Shown: one piece after another, positions 15,744 through 23,583 of the stretch
Numbering within the stretch: position 1 is the stretch's first letter
Layout: every line of letters starts with the position of its first letter
Source: a virus
Virus record (IMG/VR): IMGVR_UViG_3300011921_000001
Coordinates: 1 to 62,653 of that record
Strand: one strand, 5' to 3'
DNA: 62,653 nt
The notes under the pieces: generated by a model
What the model saw: the letters and a program-made list of their open reading frames with translations, nothing else
The model's database searches: none
Told to the model about the DNA's origin: nothing
Position numbers and translations under genes: made by a program

Positions 15744-17251
15744 CTGAACAAACCGAAGCCCAGCGGCTTGCTGATGAGTTGGTTGCTTTGCACGGATACC
15801 CACTATCCATCAAAGCCGCCGCCGAGCTGCGCCGCTTGGATGCAGAGCTTAAGCGCAAGTCAGAAGCAATACAGCGTCTGTGGGCAGAGCGCGATAGCTT
15901 GAGAACATCAATGGAGCAACTGCTGAAGGCGCTGGAGCCTGACAGGCAACTTCTCCAGCAGGCGCTGGATGCTCTGCAAGGCTTGGCTGACTACAGGTAC
16001 ACAAAGCCTGTAGAGACGACGATGAAAGCTTTGAGCGATAGGCTGGCGCACTGTGACCGCTGCGGTAAGAAGATGGGTGGGGAGGGTGACATACACACTT
16101 GCACCCCAAAGCCAGAGCAGGAGCCTGTGTCGTGCCTAAGCAAAACCCAAGCAAAGGCAATACTTGGTTTGGCGCTTGATTTAGAGAAAACGGGGCGAAT
16201 GGTTGTAATAACGCACGGCCAAGAGCGCACTGATTTTGTTGCTAGAAATAGAAACATTCAGTGCGCTTTGGAGGACGCCTTGCGCAACGCCACCACCCCA
16301 CCCGCAGCACAGCCAGAGCTGGCACTAGAGGGTATGCCCGAGTTTCTGGCCGATCTGACGCGCAGCCGTACAAAGTATCCAGCAAACGGGCGCATGTTCG
16401 ACGGGCTCATGGGTGAGATTGACGAGTTGCGCCGGGCCTATGCTGGTGACGGCGATGTACGCGCCGAGGCATTCGATGTTGCGGTGTGCGCTTACCGAAT
16501 TGCCACAGAAGGGGATGCGGGGGGCAATGCGCTTCTCACCACCCCACCCGCAGCAGCACAGCAGGAGCCTGTGGCGCTTATTCGTACTTGGCACAAGAAC
16601 GGCGACCAGCACGCAGAGCTTGTGGATTGGGGGATGGCCTTGCAATTTTTGCCCGATGGCGAACATTGCCTTTACACCCCACCCGCAGCAGCACAGCCAG
16701 AGCAGGAGCCGGTGGCGTTTGAAAAATGGTGGGAAGACCAAGGGCAGTTTTGTCGGGCTGGCGGTTGGGAATACGTTGCTTTCCGCGCCTGGGAGGCTGC
16801 GCTTGCCACCCCACCCGCACAACCAGCACCTGTGCAGGATCAAAAGTCATGCAAACTTTGCACGCATGAGCAACGGCACTACATGGAAATGACGGGGCCG
16901 TGCAGAGCGTGTCGTTTTTACTCAAACTTTGCTTCTGCCACCCCACCCGCAGCAGCACAGCCAGCAGCATGGGAGCATCACGCAAAGAAACTGACTCAAT
17001 GGCTGCACTGCATGTCGTACAACGACAGCTACTTTGGGGAGCCTGCCGGTCTCGTCAAGCAAGTAACCGCTTCACTGAATCGCCTGATTGGAGCCACCCC
17101 ACCCGCAGCACAGCGCACATGGGTCGGGCTGACGGATGCTGAACTGGCTGACATGCACGCCACGCTAATGGTCAAGCTTCGAGGATGCTACGAGACAAAG
17201 GATTTGTACAAGGCCATTGAAGCCAAGCTAAAGGAGAAGAACAATGGATGA
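15740..17251 (+). CDS. Modular 503-aa protein: coiled-coil N-terminus, then six different small modules joined by TPPAAAQ linkers
   Basis: Track ORF. The linker DNA ACCCCACCCGCAGCA recurs at 16295, 16541, 16676, 16940 and 17096; a shorter 12-nt copy (ACCCCACCCGCA) is at 16808. Confidence 0.65.
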   Translation: MTEQTEAQRLADELVALHGYPLSIKAAAELRRLDAELKRKSEAIQRLWAERDSLRTSMEQLLKALEPDRQLLQQALDALQGLADYRYTKPVETTMKALSDRLAHCDRCGKKMGGEGDIHTCTPKPEQEPVSCLSKTQAKAILGLALDLEKTGRMVVITHGQERTDFVARNRNIQCALEDALRNATTPPAAQPELALEGMPEFLADLTRSRTKYPANGRMFDGLMGEIDELRRAYAGDGDVRAEAFDVAVCAYRIATEGDAGGNALLTTPPAAAQQEPVALIRTWHKNGDQHAELVDWGMALQFLPDGEHCLYTPPAAAQPEQEPVAFEKWWEDQGQFCRAGGWEYVAFRAWEAALATPPAQPAPVQDQKSCKLCTHEQRHYMEMTGPCRACRFYSNFASATPPAAAQPAAWEHHAKKLTQWLHCMSYNDSYFGEPAGLVKQVTASLNRLIGATPPAAQRTWVGLTDAELADMHATLMVKLRGCYETKDLYKAIEAKLKEKNNG

Positions 17252-17576
17252 CATCATTGCAATGGCCCGTGAAGCGGGTGGCCTTGGTTACGTTCATGAC
17301 GCAGGAGATGAACCGCACAAGTGGCAATTCACGCCAACAGAACTGCAAGCCTTTGCAGCCCTTGCTCAAGCTGCTGAACGGAGCCGCCAACATGACGAAA
17401 TTGAGCGACTGACCAATCTGTGCTACGAATACCTGGGCGAGCTTACAGCCTTACGGGCTGTAAAACAGGCGCAGGACATGATGCGGGACGCGTTGACTAT
17501 CGGGTCGGCCTGGGTACGGGACGGAAAGCGCCTTGAACCGACCAGCGTTTACAAGAGTATGGAGGAGGACACATGA
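17244..17576 (+). CDS. Hypothetical protein (110 aa), DDIIAMAREAG / FAALAQAAER module
   Basis: Track ORF; 8-nt overlap with the previous gene; shares both motifs with the next gene. Confidence 0.6.
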   Translation: MDDIIAMAREAGGLGYVHDAGDEPHKWQFTPTELQAFAALAQAAERSRQHDEIERLTNLCYEYLGELTALRAVKQAQDMMRDALTIGSAWVRDGKRLEPTSVYKSMEEDT

Positions 17577-18010
17577 ACCAGCCACTCACACAGGAAGAAT
17601 GGCTGACGTACTTAGACACTACGTGGAAAGAATGTTTAAACAAAGCATGGGACAAGGAGTTGGATAGCATGAACGATGACATCATCCGCATGGCGCGGGA
17701 AGCTGGACCGCTTATAAGCACCCCATTTGATGTTTGGTGCGAACGCTTCGCCGCCCTTGCTCAAGCAGCCGAGCGTAATAAGCTGGCCTCATGGATGATT
17801 GCGCAGGGCTACGCCACCGGCCACGGTGACACGATGGAGGGCTTGCTTGAGGAGCTTGAGCGTGAGATCGGCTTTAAACGTGCAGAGCTTTGGATTAAGC
17901 GCATTAGTGAGGCTGTGCTGGCCGAAAGAGAGGCGTGCCTGAACTGCTACAGCCCAGATGACACAGCCAAAGACTGGGCAGACAAAATTAGAGCAAGGAG
18001 CGACAAATGA
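17573..18010 (+). CDS. Hypothetical protein (145 aa), DDIIRMAREAG / FAALAQAAER / AEREAC modules
   Basis: Track ORF; ATGA overlap; paralogous motifs with both neighbours. Confidence 0.6.
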   Translation: MNQPLTQEEWLTYLDTTWKECLNKAWDKELDSMNDDIIRMAREAGPLISTPFDVWCERFAALAQAAERNKLASWMIAQGYATGHGDTMEGLLEELEREIGFKRAELWIKRISEAVLAEREACLNCYSPDDTAKDWADKIRARSDK

Positions 18011-18297
18011 CACAAGACATACGTATTCGTGGAGCCATTGAGCCAAACCTCACCTTTCTGGCAGGCACAAACACAGAGGTCATGCGCATTCACAAGAACG
18101 GGGTGACTGTCAACCCAGGGATGCCTCTTGACGAGGCTGCACAGCACGTTATCAATGCGCTGGATTCCCACATTAAAAACTTGATACAAGCTGAACGTGA
18201 GGCGTGTGCAAAGGTGTGTGATGCCTTTGAAAGCGATGCAGACCCAGAGGCAGGTGCGGTACTCGCTAAGGCCATCCGCTCAAGAGGACAAGCATGA
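18007..18297 (+). CDS. Hypothetical protein (96 aa), AEREACAKVC motif
   Basis: Track ORF; ATGA overlap. Confidence 0.6.
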   Translation: MTQDIRIRGAIEPNLTFLAGTNTEVMRIHKNGVTVNPGMPLDEAAQHVINALDSHIKNLIQAEREACAKVCDAFESDADPEAGAVLAKAIRSRGQA

Positions 18298-18440
18298 AAA
18301 AACTTCTTTGCTGGATTTTTGGACACCGCAACACCATCAGTTGCATAACCGATTGGGAGGTTACACACGACAGGTGCGGACGATGCGGCACGGACCTACC
18401 CATTGGATACCCGCACCATCAATCAAGGGGAAACACATGA
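18294..18440 (+). CDS. Small zinc-binding-type protein (48 aa)
   Basis: Hand-translated (MKKLLCWIFGHRNTISC...HDRCGRCG...); AGAGGA RBS; ATGA overlaps. Confidence 0.55.
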   Translation: MKKLLCWIFGHRNTISCITDWEVTHDRCGRCGTDLPIGYPHHQSRGNT

Positions 18441-18601
18441 ACGAAGCCGTACACGTCGTGCCACTCAATGATCTGCGCGACCACACTGCCAGCGCCGAAT
18501 GCTGGTGTAAACCTTCAGAAGAAAATGAGTGGCCTGGAGTCTGGGTACATCACTCGATGGATAGGCGTGAGGAGTACGAGCAAGGGAGACAAGCCTCATG
18601 A
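18437..18601 (+). CDS. Hypothetical protein (54 aa), H..(x)..CWC.P ... HHSMDRRE motif
   Basis: In frame with track ORF 18197..18601; AAGGGGA RBS before ATG 18437. Confidence 0.6.
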   Translation: MNEAVHVVPLNDLRDHTASAECWCKPSEENEWPGVWVHHSMDRREEYEQGRQAS

Positions 18602-18780
18602 GCATCCCCTACAACAACGAAACGCGGGAGGCTTACACACAGCGCATGGAACAATCGCATCTGTGGGTGGCACTGGCCCACCACAAGCTAGGTAACGCCC
18701 GATCCATGTGGCTGCAACTCTTTTACTACGCCATGGTGGAGGACATCTATGGCACACACTGGGACAAACTAAATGCTTGA
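18598..18780 (+). CDS. Hypothetical protein (60 aa)
   Basis: Track ORF; ATGA overlap. Confidence 0.55.
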   Translation: MSIPYNNETREAYTQRMEQSHLWVALAHHKLGNARSMWLQLFYYAMVEDIYGTHWDKLNA

Positions 18781-19012
18781 CGACATACCAATCCAGAACA
18801 CCGCCCGTGACAAGGCATGGGAGGCTTTCATCAAACGCAAGCATGTGAAAGAGCTGTTCCCGCAGGAGTTCAAGTTCCCACTTGACCGTGGATACTACGA
18901 GCTGTGGTGTCAGTGCTGGGCAAAGGCATGGAACGCCGGATTTGTAGACGGATACAACGCAGGAACAAATGAAGCCACTAAGACTAACCCCCAACCAAGC
19001 AGCAGCACTTGA
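18773..19012 (+). CDS. Hypothetical protein (79 aa)
   Basis: Track ORF; 8-nt overlap upstream. Confidence 0.55.
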   Translation: MLDDIPIQNTARDKAWEAFIKRKHVKELFPQEFKFPLDRGYYELWCQCWAKAWNAGFVDGYNAGTNEATKTNPQPSSST

Positions 19013-19181
19013 TGCGCTGTGTGAATTCGGCCAGACAGACCTCGCGGCACGGCGGATGAACACTGACAAAAAAGCCATCGAGAACTACGTGCGCAGTTCT
19101 ATGAAGAAGAACGGCTACCCCAACAGACTCACGCTTGTACTGGCGCGAGACCGAGAAAACAGAGCAAAGGAGCAAGCATGA
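18969..19181 (+). CDS. Putative LuxR/GerE-type HTH protein (70 aa)
   Basis: LTPNQAAALDAL..G.T...AA..M....KAIENYV.S.MKK.G..NR follows the GerE HTH pattern by eye. Confidence 0.45.
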   Translation: MKPLRLTPNQAAALDALCEFGQTDLAARRMNTDKKAIENYVRSSMKKNGYPNRLTLVLARDRENRAKEQA

Positions 19182-19408
19182 AAGGTCACGGATTTAGGTG
19201 CACTGTCGCGGAGAACGTGCACGCAGTTAACCCCTACCTGGAAGTCAGGAAGGAGTACGCGAAGCACAAGTCGCTGTGCTGGCAGTGTCAGAAGGACAAG
19301 TCCCTTACAGGCGGGCGTACCAAAACGTACCCAGGGCTGCGCAAGTTCGTGTGCGCGGACTGCTTATCTGCCAACGCCGCTAGAAAAGAAGCAAAGGAGC
19401 AAGCATGA
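19178..19408 (+). CDS. Cys-rich zinc-ribbon-like protein (76 aa)
   Basis: CWQC...CADC. The gene is bracketed by the exact 18-bp repeat GCAAAGGAGCAAGCATGA (19164-19181 and 19391-19408). Confidence 0.55.
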   Translation: MKGHGFRCTVAENVHAVNPYLEVRKEYAKHKSLCWQCQKDKSLTGGRTKTYPGLRKFVCADCLSANAARKEAKEQA

Positions 19409-19638
19409 CAAGCAAAGCCAACGACCTGCAAGTGGGCGGGCAACACTACAAAGACATGCCACTACAGCCGTGGGATGTCATGGAGGCGGTGCTGACCCAC
19501 GAGGAATTTGTTGGGTTCCTCAAAGGCAACATCATCAAATACAGTATGCGCCAGGGCAAGAAGGACAGCGATGACGCAGGCAAAGCCATGCACTACCGCA
19601 TGAAGCTGGAAGAGGTGCTGTATGGCATCAACGCCTGA
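19405..19638 (+). CDS. DUF3310-like protein (77 aa)
   Basis: QVGGQHYKD.PLQPWDV ... GNIIKYSMRQGKK......KA.HY pattern. Confidence 0.65.
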   Translation: MTSKANDLQVGGQHYKDMPLQPWDVMEAVLTHEEFVGFLKGNIIKYSMRQGKKDSDDAGKAMHYRMKLEEVLYGINA

Positions 19639-19906
19639 AGTAAAAGTCAAGAAGCAAATCAGGAAGCTGCTCGATGAGGCAGGCGCTTACTACGCCATGC
19701 CCATCGGCACGGGCTACGGCAACTCAGGCGTGCCCGACTTCTTGATCTGCCACAAAGGCCGCTTCATCGCGGTCGAAGCCAAGGCAGGCAGCAACAAGCC
19801 AACAGCACTGCAAGAGATGCACTTGGCCAAGATATGCGCAGCAGGCGGTATCGCACTCGTAATCAACGAAGACAACATGGACACACTACGAAAGGAACTC
19901 CCATGA
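19622..19906 (+). CDS. VRR-NUC family nuclease (94 aa)
   Basis: GVPDFLICHKGRFIAVEAKAGSNKPTALQ matches the PD..(E)xK VRR-NUC core. Confidence 0.7.
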   Translation: MASTPEVKVKKQIRKLLDEAGAYYAMPIGTGYGNSGVPDFLICHKGRFIAVEAKAGSNKPTALQEMHLAKICAAGGIALVINEDNMDTLRKELP

Positions 19907-20196
19907 ACACCGTAATCACCAGCGCTCAGCAAGAAGCTGAGATGGAGCGCATCGTTGCGCGGCTGCCCGATATTGAGCGTGTGCACCTGCGTGCCATCCT
20001 CTACGCCATCGTCAAGTGCTACGACACGGACAACTCCGACTGCGCTGTACTTGTGCTTGGCAGCGACGCGTCCTTAGATAGCGTCGCCTCGCTTAACTGC
20101 AACAGCATGGTCGCCGCCAGCTTGCTGCAAGGGGCCAATAATTTTCTGGGATTTGTAAACACCAAAGACGCACCACCAAAGGAGATGTTCAATTGA
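19903..20196 (+). CDS. Hypothetical protein (97 aa; trimmed to the ATGA-coupled start)
   Basis: ATG 19903 overlaps stop 19906; in frame with track ORF 19834..20196. Confidence 0.55.
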   Translation: MNTVITSAQQEAEMERIVARLPDIERVHLRAILYAIVKCYDTDNSDCAVLVLGSDASLDSVASLNCNSMVAASLLQGANNFLGFVNTKDAPPKEMFN

Positions 20197-22163
20197 GCGC
20201 ACCATACCAACGCATCGTCAGCATAGATTTTGAAACCCGCTGGGACAAGAACGACTACACCTTGTCCAAGATGACCACTGAGGAGTACATCCGTGACAAG
20301 AGGTTCAAGTCATTTGGGGCATGTATACGCGAGTACGGAAGTGAGGCCGTCACGCAGTGGTACAGGGGAGATGAGCTGCCGCGCATCCTCAGTACCTACG
20401 ACTGGAGCAAGACCGCTATCCTTGCGCACAATGCCCAGTTCGATGTGTCGATCCTTGAGTGGCGATACGGCGTGCACCCCTGCTTCATCTTCGACACGCT
20501 ATCTATGGCCCGCGCCCTGCGCGGTGTGGAGGTTGGCAACAGTCTTGCCAAGCTGGCCAATGACTTCGGCCTGCCCGCCAAAGGCAAGGCTGTGCACAGC
20601 ACCGACGGCTTAGAAGAGATCGACGCACAGATCGAGCACGAGTTGGCGGAGTACTGCAAACATGATGTGTACCTGTGCGAGCAGATATTCGAGCGGCTTG
20701 TAGCGGGCTACCCCAAGTCGGAGCTGCGGCTCATCGACATGACGCTCAAGATGTACACACGCCCGGTGCTGGAGCTTGACCAGAAGATGCTGATCGAGGC
20801 GCTGTCCGAGGAGAGCCAAAAGCGCGAGGGCTTGCTGGCCAAGCTGGGCGTGGACGAGAGCGATCTCGCATCGAACCCCAAGTTCGCAGCGCTCTTAGAA
20901 AGCCTGGGTGTTGTGGCCCCCACCAAGGTGAGCAAGACCACCGGCAAGCCCGCGCTGGCGCTGGCCAAGAACGACGCCATGTTCCAAGCCCTGCTCAACG
21001 GGGACAACGAGGATGTGTCGCTGCTGTGCGAGGCACGGCTCAAGGTCAAGTCCACCACCGAGCGCACCCGTGCGCAGAGGTTCCTGGACATCTCCCAGCG
21101 CGGCAAGCTGCCCGTGCCACTGTCCTACTACGGTGCCAAGTCGGGCCGCTGGACGGCATCCAAGGGCAGCGCCATCAACATGCAGAACCTCAAGCGTGGC
21201 AGCTTCCTGCGCAAAGCCATCATGGCACCAGAGGGACACCAGCTTTTGGTGGGCGACCTCTCGCAGATTGAGCCGCGTGTGTTGGCGTGGCTAGCTGACT
21301 ACGATGACCTGCTCGACATCTTCCGCTCAGGCCAGGACGCATATGCACAGTTCGGCGCACAGATGTTCGGCGTTCCCGGCATGACCAAGGACAGCCACCC
21401 AGACCTGCGCCAGAGCGCCAAGAGCGCGTTGCTGGGGTGTGGGTATGGCCTGGGGTGGGCGAGCTTCGCCTCGCAGCTTCTGGTGGGGTTCCTGGGCGCT
21501 CCACCCGTGCGCTACAGCAAGGACTTTGCCAAGAAGCTGGGGGTCACGCAGGAGTACGTGCAGCGGTTCACGGACTGGGAGGACAACGTCAAGAAAATGC
21601 AGGAGATACCGCACACCTGCACCGAGCGTGAGCTGCTCATCCACTGCGTCGCGGCCAAGAAGATCATCGACATCTACCGGGCCACAGCGCACCCCGTGGT
21701 GAGCTTCTGGGACATGTGCAGCAAGCTGCTGGTGTCATCTCTTGCAGGCGGCGAAGAGGTCGTGTATAAATGCCTGACCTTCCGCAAGGACGAGATTGAG
21801 CTGCCCAATGGGATGAAGCTCTTGTACCCCAACCTGCGCCAAGTCACCGACAAGGAGACCCGGCAAAAGAACTGGGTGTACGGCGAGGACGCGACCAAGC
21901 TCTATGCTGGCAAGATCACGAACAACGTGACGCAGGCACTGGCAAGGATCGTGATGACGGACGGGATGCTACGTACTTCAAAGAAGTACTTTGTGGCAGG
22001 CACAGTGCATGATGAGCAGATCGTCGTAGTGCCCGACGATGAAGTGGATGACGCCAAGACTTGGGTTTTGGCGCAGATGACCGTGGAGCCTAAGTACATG
22101 CCAGGGGTTCCACTGGCCGTCGAGGGCGGTGCACACCGCCGCTATGGGCTGGCAAAGAAATAA
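20193..22163 (+). CDS. Family-A DNA polymerase with 3'-5' exonuclease domain (656 aa, TTG start)
   Basis: Exo I SIDFET; motif A LLVGDLSQIEPRVLAW; motif B KSALLGCGYGLG; motif C GTVHDEQIV; AAGGAG 8 nt before the TTG. Confidence 0.9.
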   Translation: MSAPYQRIVSIDFETRWDKNDYTLSKMTTEEYIRDKRFKSFGACIREYGSEAVTQWYRGDELPRILSTYDWSKTAILAHNAQFDVSILEWRYGVHPCFIFDTLSMARALRGVEVGNSLAKLANDFGLPAKGKAVHSTDGLEEIDAQIEHELAEYCKHDVYLCEQIFERLVAGYPKSELRLIDMTLKMYTRPVLELDQKMLIEALSEESQKREGLLAKLGVDESDLASNPKFAALLESLGVVAPTKVSKTTGKPALALAKNDAMFQALLNGDNEDVSLLCEARLKVKSTTERTRAQRFLDISQRGKLPVPLSYYGAKSGRWTASKGSAINMQNLKRGSFLRKAIMAPEGHQLLVGDLSQIEPRVLAWLADYDDLLDIFRSGQDAYAQFGAQMFGVPGMTKDSHPDLRQSAKSALLGCGYGLGWASFASQLLVGFLGAPPVRYSKDFAKKLGVTQEYVQRFTDWEDNVKKMQEIPHTCTERELLIHCVAAKKIIDIYRATAHPVVSFWDMCSKLLVSSLAGGEEVVYKCLTFRKDEIELPNGMKLLYPNLRQVTDKETRQKNWVYGEDATKLYAGKITNNVTQALARIVMTDGMLRTSKKYFVAGTVHDEQIVVVPDDEVDDAKTWVLAQMTVEPKYMPGVPLAVEGGAHRRYGLAKK

Positions 22164-22174
22164 AAGGAGAAAGC

Positions 22175-22483
22175 ATGAAGCAACTGGTACTGCCCAAGAA
22201 AGTGCAGGTGGGCAGCAAGTGGTATAGCGTCGATGTCGTTGAGTCGATGCGCAGAAAGAGTGAGGTCGGGCGCGTGACTTATGACACGCAAAAGATCGAG
22301 CTTGCACGGCGCACGCATCACGGCATACCGCTCAAACTGACAGCGCTGGAGGAGACCTTCTGGCACGAGCTGACGCACGCCATACTGCACGACATGGGCG
22401 AGCACTCACTGAACAACCGCGAGAACTTTGTCGAAGAGTTTGCGCAACGACTGGCCCGAGCAATACGAACAGCGAGGTTTTAA
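22175..22483 (+). CDS. Small HExxH metallopeptidase-like protein (102 aa)
   Basis: FWHELTHAILHD contains HELTH; strong RBS AAAAGGAGAAAGC. Confidence 0.45.
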   Translation: MKQLVLPKKVQVGSKWYSVDVVESMRRKSEVGRVTYDTQKIELARRTHHGIPLKLTALEETFWHELTHAILHDMGEHSLNNRENFVEEFAQRLARAIRTARF

Positions 22484-23151
22484 TGAAGCCAATCACTTGG
22501 TCACACAGCGCACTCAAAGACTACGAGGGGTGCCCCCGCCGCTACCACGAGGTCAAGGTGCTCAAGAGCTACCCGTTCAAGGACACCGAGGCCACGCTCT
22601 ACGGCAAGCAGCTACACACGGCAGCGGAGTTCTACATCAAGGACGACACGCCGCTGCCCACGCAGTTCGCGTTCCTCAAGGACACGCTCGATGCACTCAA
22701 GGCCAAGCCCGGTCGCAAGCTGTGCGAGCATGAGATGGGCGTGACCAAGGACTTGAAGCCTTGCGGGTTCATGGCCAAAGATGTGTGGGTGCGCGGCATC
22801 GCTGACCTGCTCATCATTGACGACGACAACCTCACGGCCAAGGTGGTGGACTACAAGTCGGGCAACAACAAGTACCCAGACCGCGAGCAGCTCAGGCTGA
22901 TGGCCCTGATGGTGTTCGCCCACTTCCCGCACATCAGGCGCGTTGCTGGAGCACTGCTGTTCGTGGTCAAGGAGGACATGGCCACGGCCAGCTTCATGAG
23001 TGGGGAGGCCCCTGAGTACTGGTGGGACTACAGAGAGCGCGTAGCCCGCATCGAGAGAGCCCACGCATCAGGCGTGTGGAACCCCAAGCCCACGCCGCTG
23101 TGCGGCTGGTGCCCTGTTAATTCATGTGAACACAACCGAAAGAGGAGCTGA
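22483..23151 (+). CDS. PD-(D/E)XK exonuclease, Cas4/RecB-like with Cys cluster (222 aa)
   Basis: N-terminal Cys (EGCPRRY), GIADLLII...VVDYKSG, EQLRLMALMVF, C-terminal CGWCPVNSC. Confidence 0.75.
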   Translation: MKPITWSHSALKDYEGCPRRYHEVKVLKSYPFKDTEATLYGKQLHTAAEFYIKDDTPLPTQFAFLKDTLDALKAKPGRKLCEHEMGVTKDLKPCGFMAKDVWVRGIADLLIIDDDNLTAKVVDYKSGNNKYPDREQLRLMALMVFAHFPHIRRVAGALLFVVKEDMATASFMSGEAPEYWWDYRERVARIERAHASGVWNPKPTPLCGWCPVNSCEHNRKRS

Positions 23152-23152
23152 T

Positions 23153-23386
23153 ATGCAGACGAACGGCAAGCGTGACTACAAGCACGCATACAAGCTACAA
23201 AAAGCAACGGGCGAGACCAAGGACCAAGTCGAGCGCCAACGTGCTCGGCGTGACTACGATGCAAAGGGCATCGAGCGGGCTGGCAAGGACATCGACCACA
23301 TCAAACCACTGCGCAAAGGCGGCAAGTCCACACCGGGCAACCTGCGACTGCGCAGCAAGAGCGCCAACCAAGGAGATAACAAGTGA
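23153..23386 (+). CDS. Small HNH endonuclease (77 aa; trimmed from 23126)
   Basis: DIDHIKPLRKGG..TPGNLRLRSKSANQ is an H-N-(H/N) core; AGAGGAG RBS before ATG 23153. Confidence 0.6.
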   Translation: MQTNGKRDYKHAYKLQKATGETKDQVERQRARRDYDAKGIERAGKDIDHIKPLRKGGKSTPGNLRLRSKSANQGDNK

Positions 23387-23565
23387 GCGACTCCCTACCC
23401 ACACAAGCAAACGCAGTTATCGCATTGCCCAGCTTCATTGTGTCGTGCTCAAAAGACCGAGTAATCATCATACGCACGGAGGGGCCGGGCAAAGGAGAAG
23501 GGGGCCTCTTCGATATTGCAGCGTTCGATGCGGTCGTCAACGAGTTCTTCAATAAGAATTTTTAA
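23383..23565 (+). CDS. Hypothetical protein (60 aa, GTG start)
   Basis: Track ORF; GTGA overlap; AAGGAG RBS. Confidence 0.5.
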   Translation: MSDSLPTQANAVIALPSFIVSCSKDRVIIIRTEGPGKGEGGLFDIAAFDAVVNEFFNKNF

Positions 23566-23583
23566 AACACAAGGAGGAAGCAA

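Noticed and set aside
16295-17110. Regularly spaced 15-nt repeats (about 132-246 bp apart) as a CRISPR-like array.
   Set aside because: The repeats are in frame within one continuous ORF and encode a Pro/Ala linker. The spacers are too long and are coding, and there are no cas genes.
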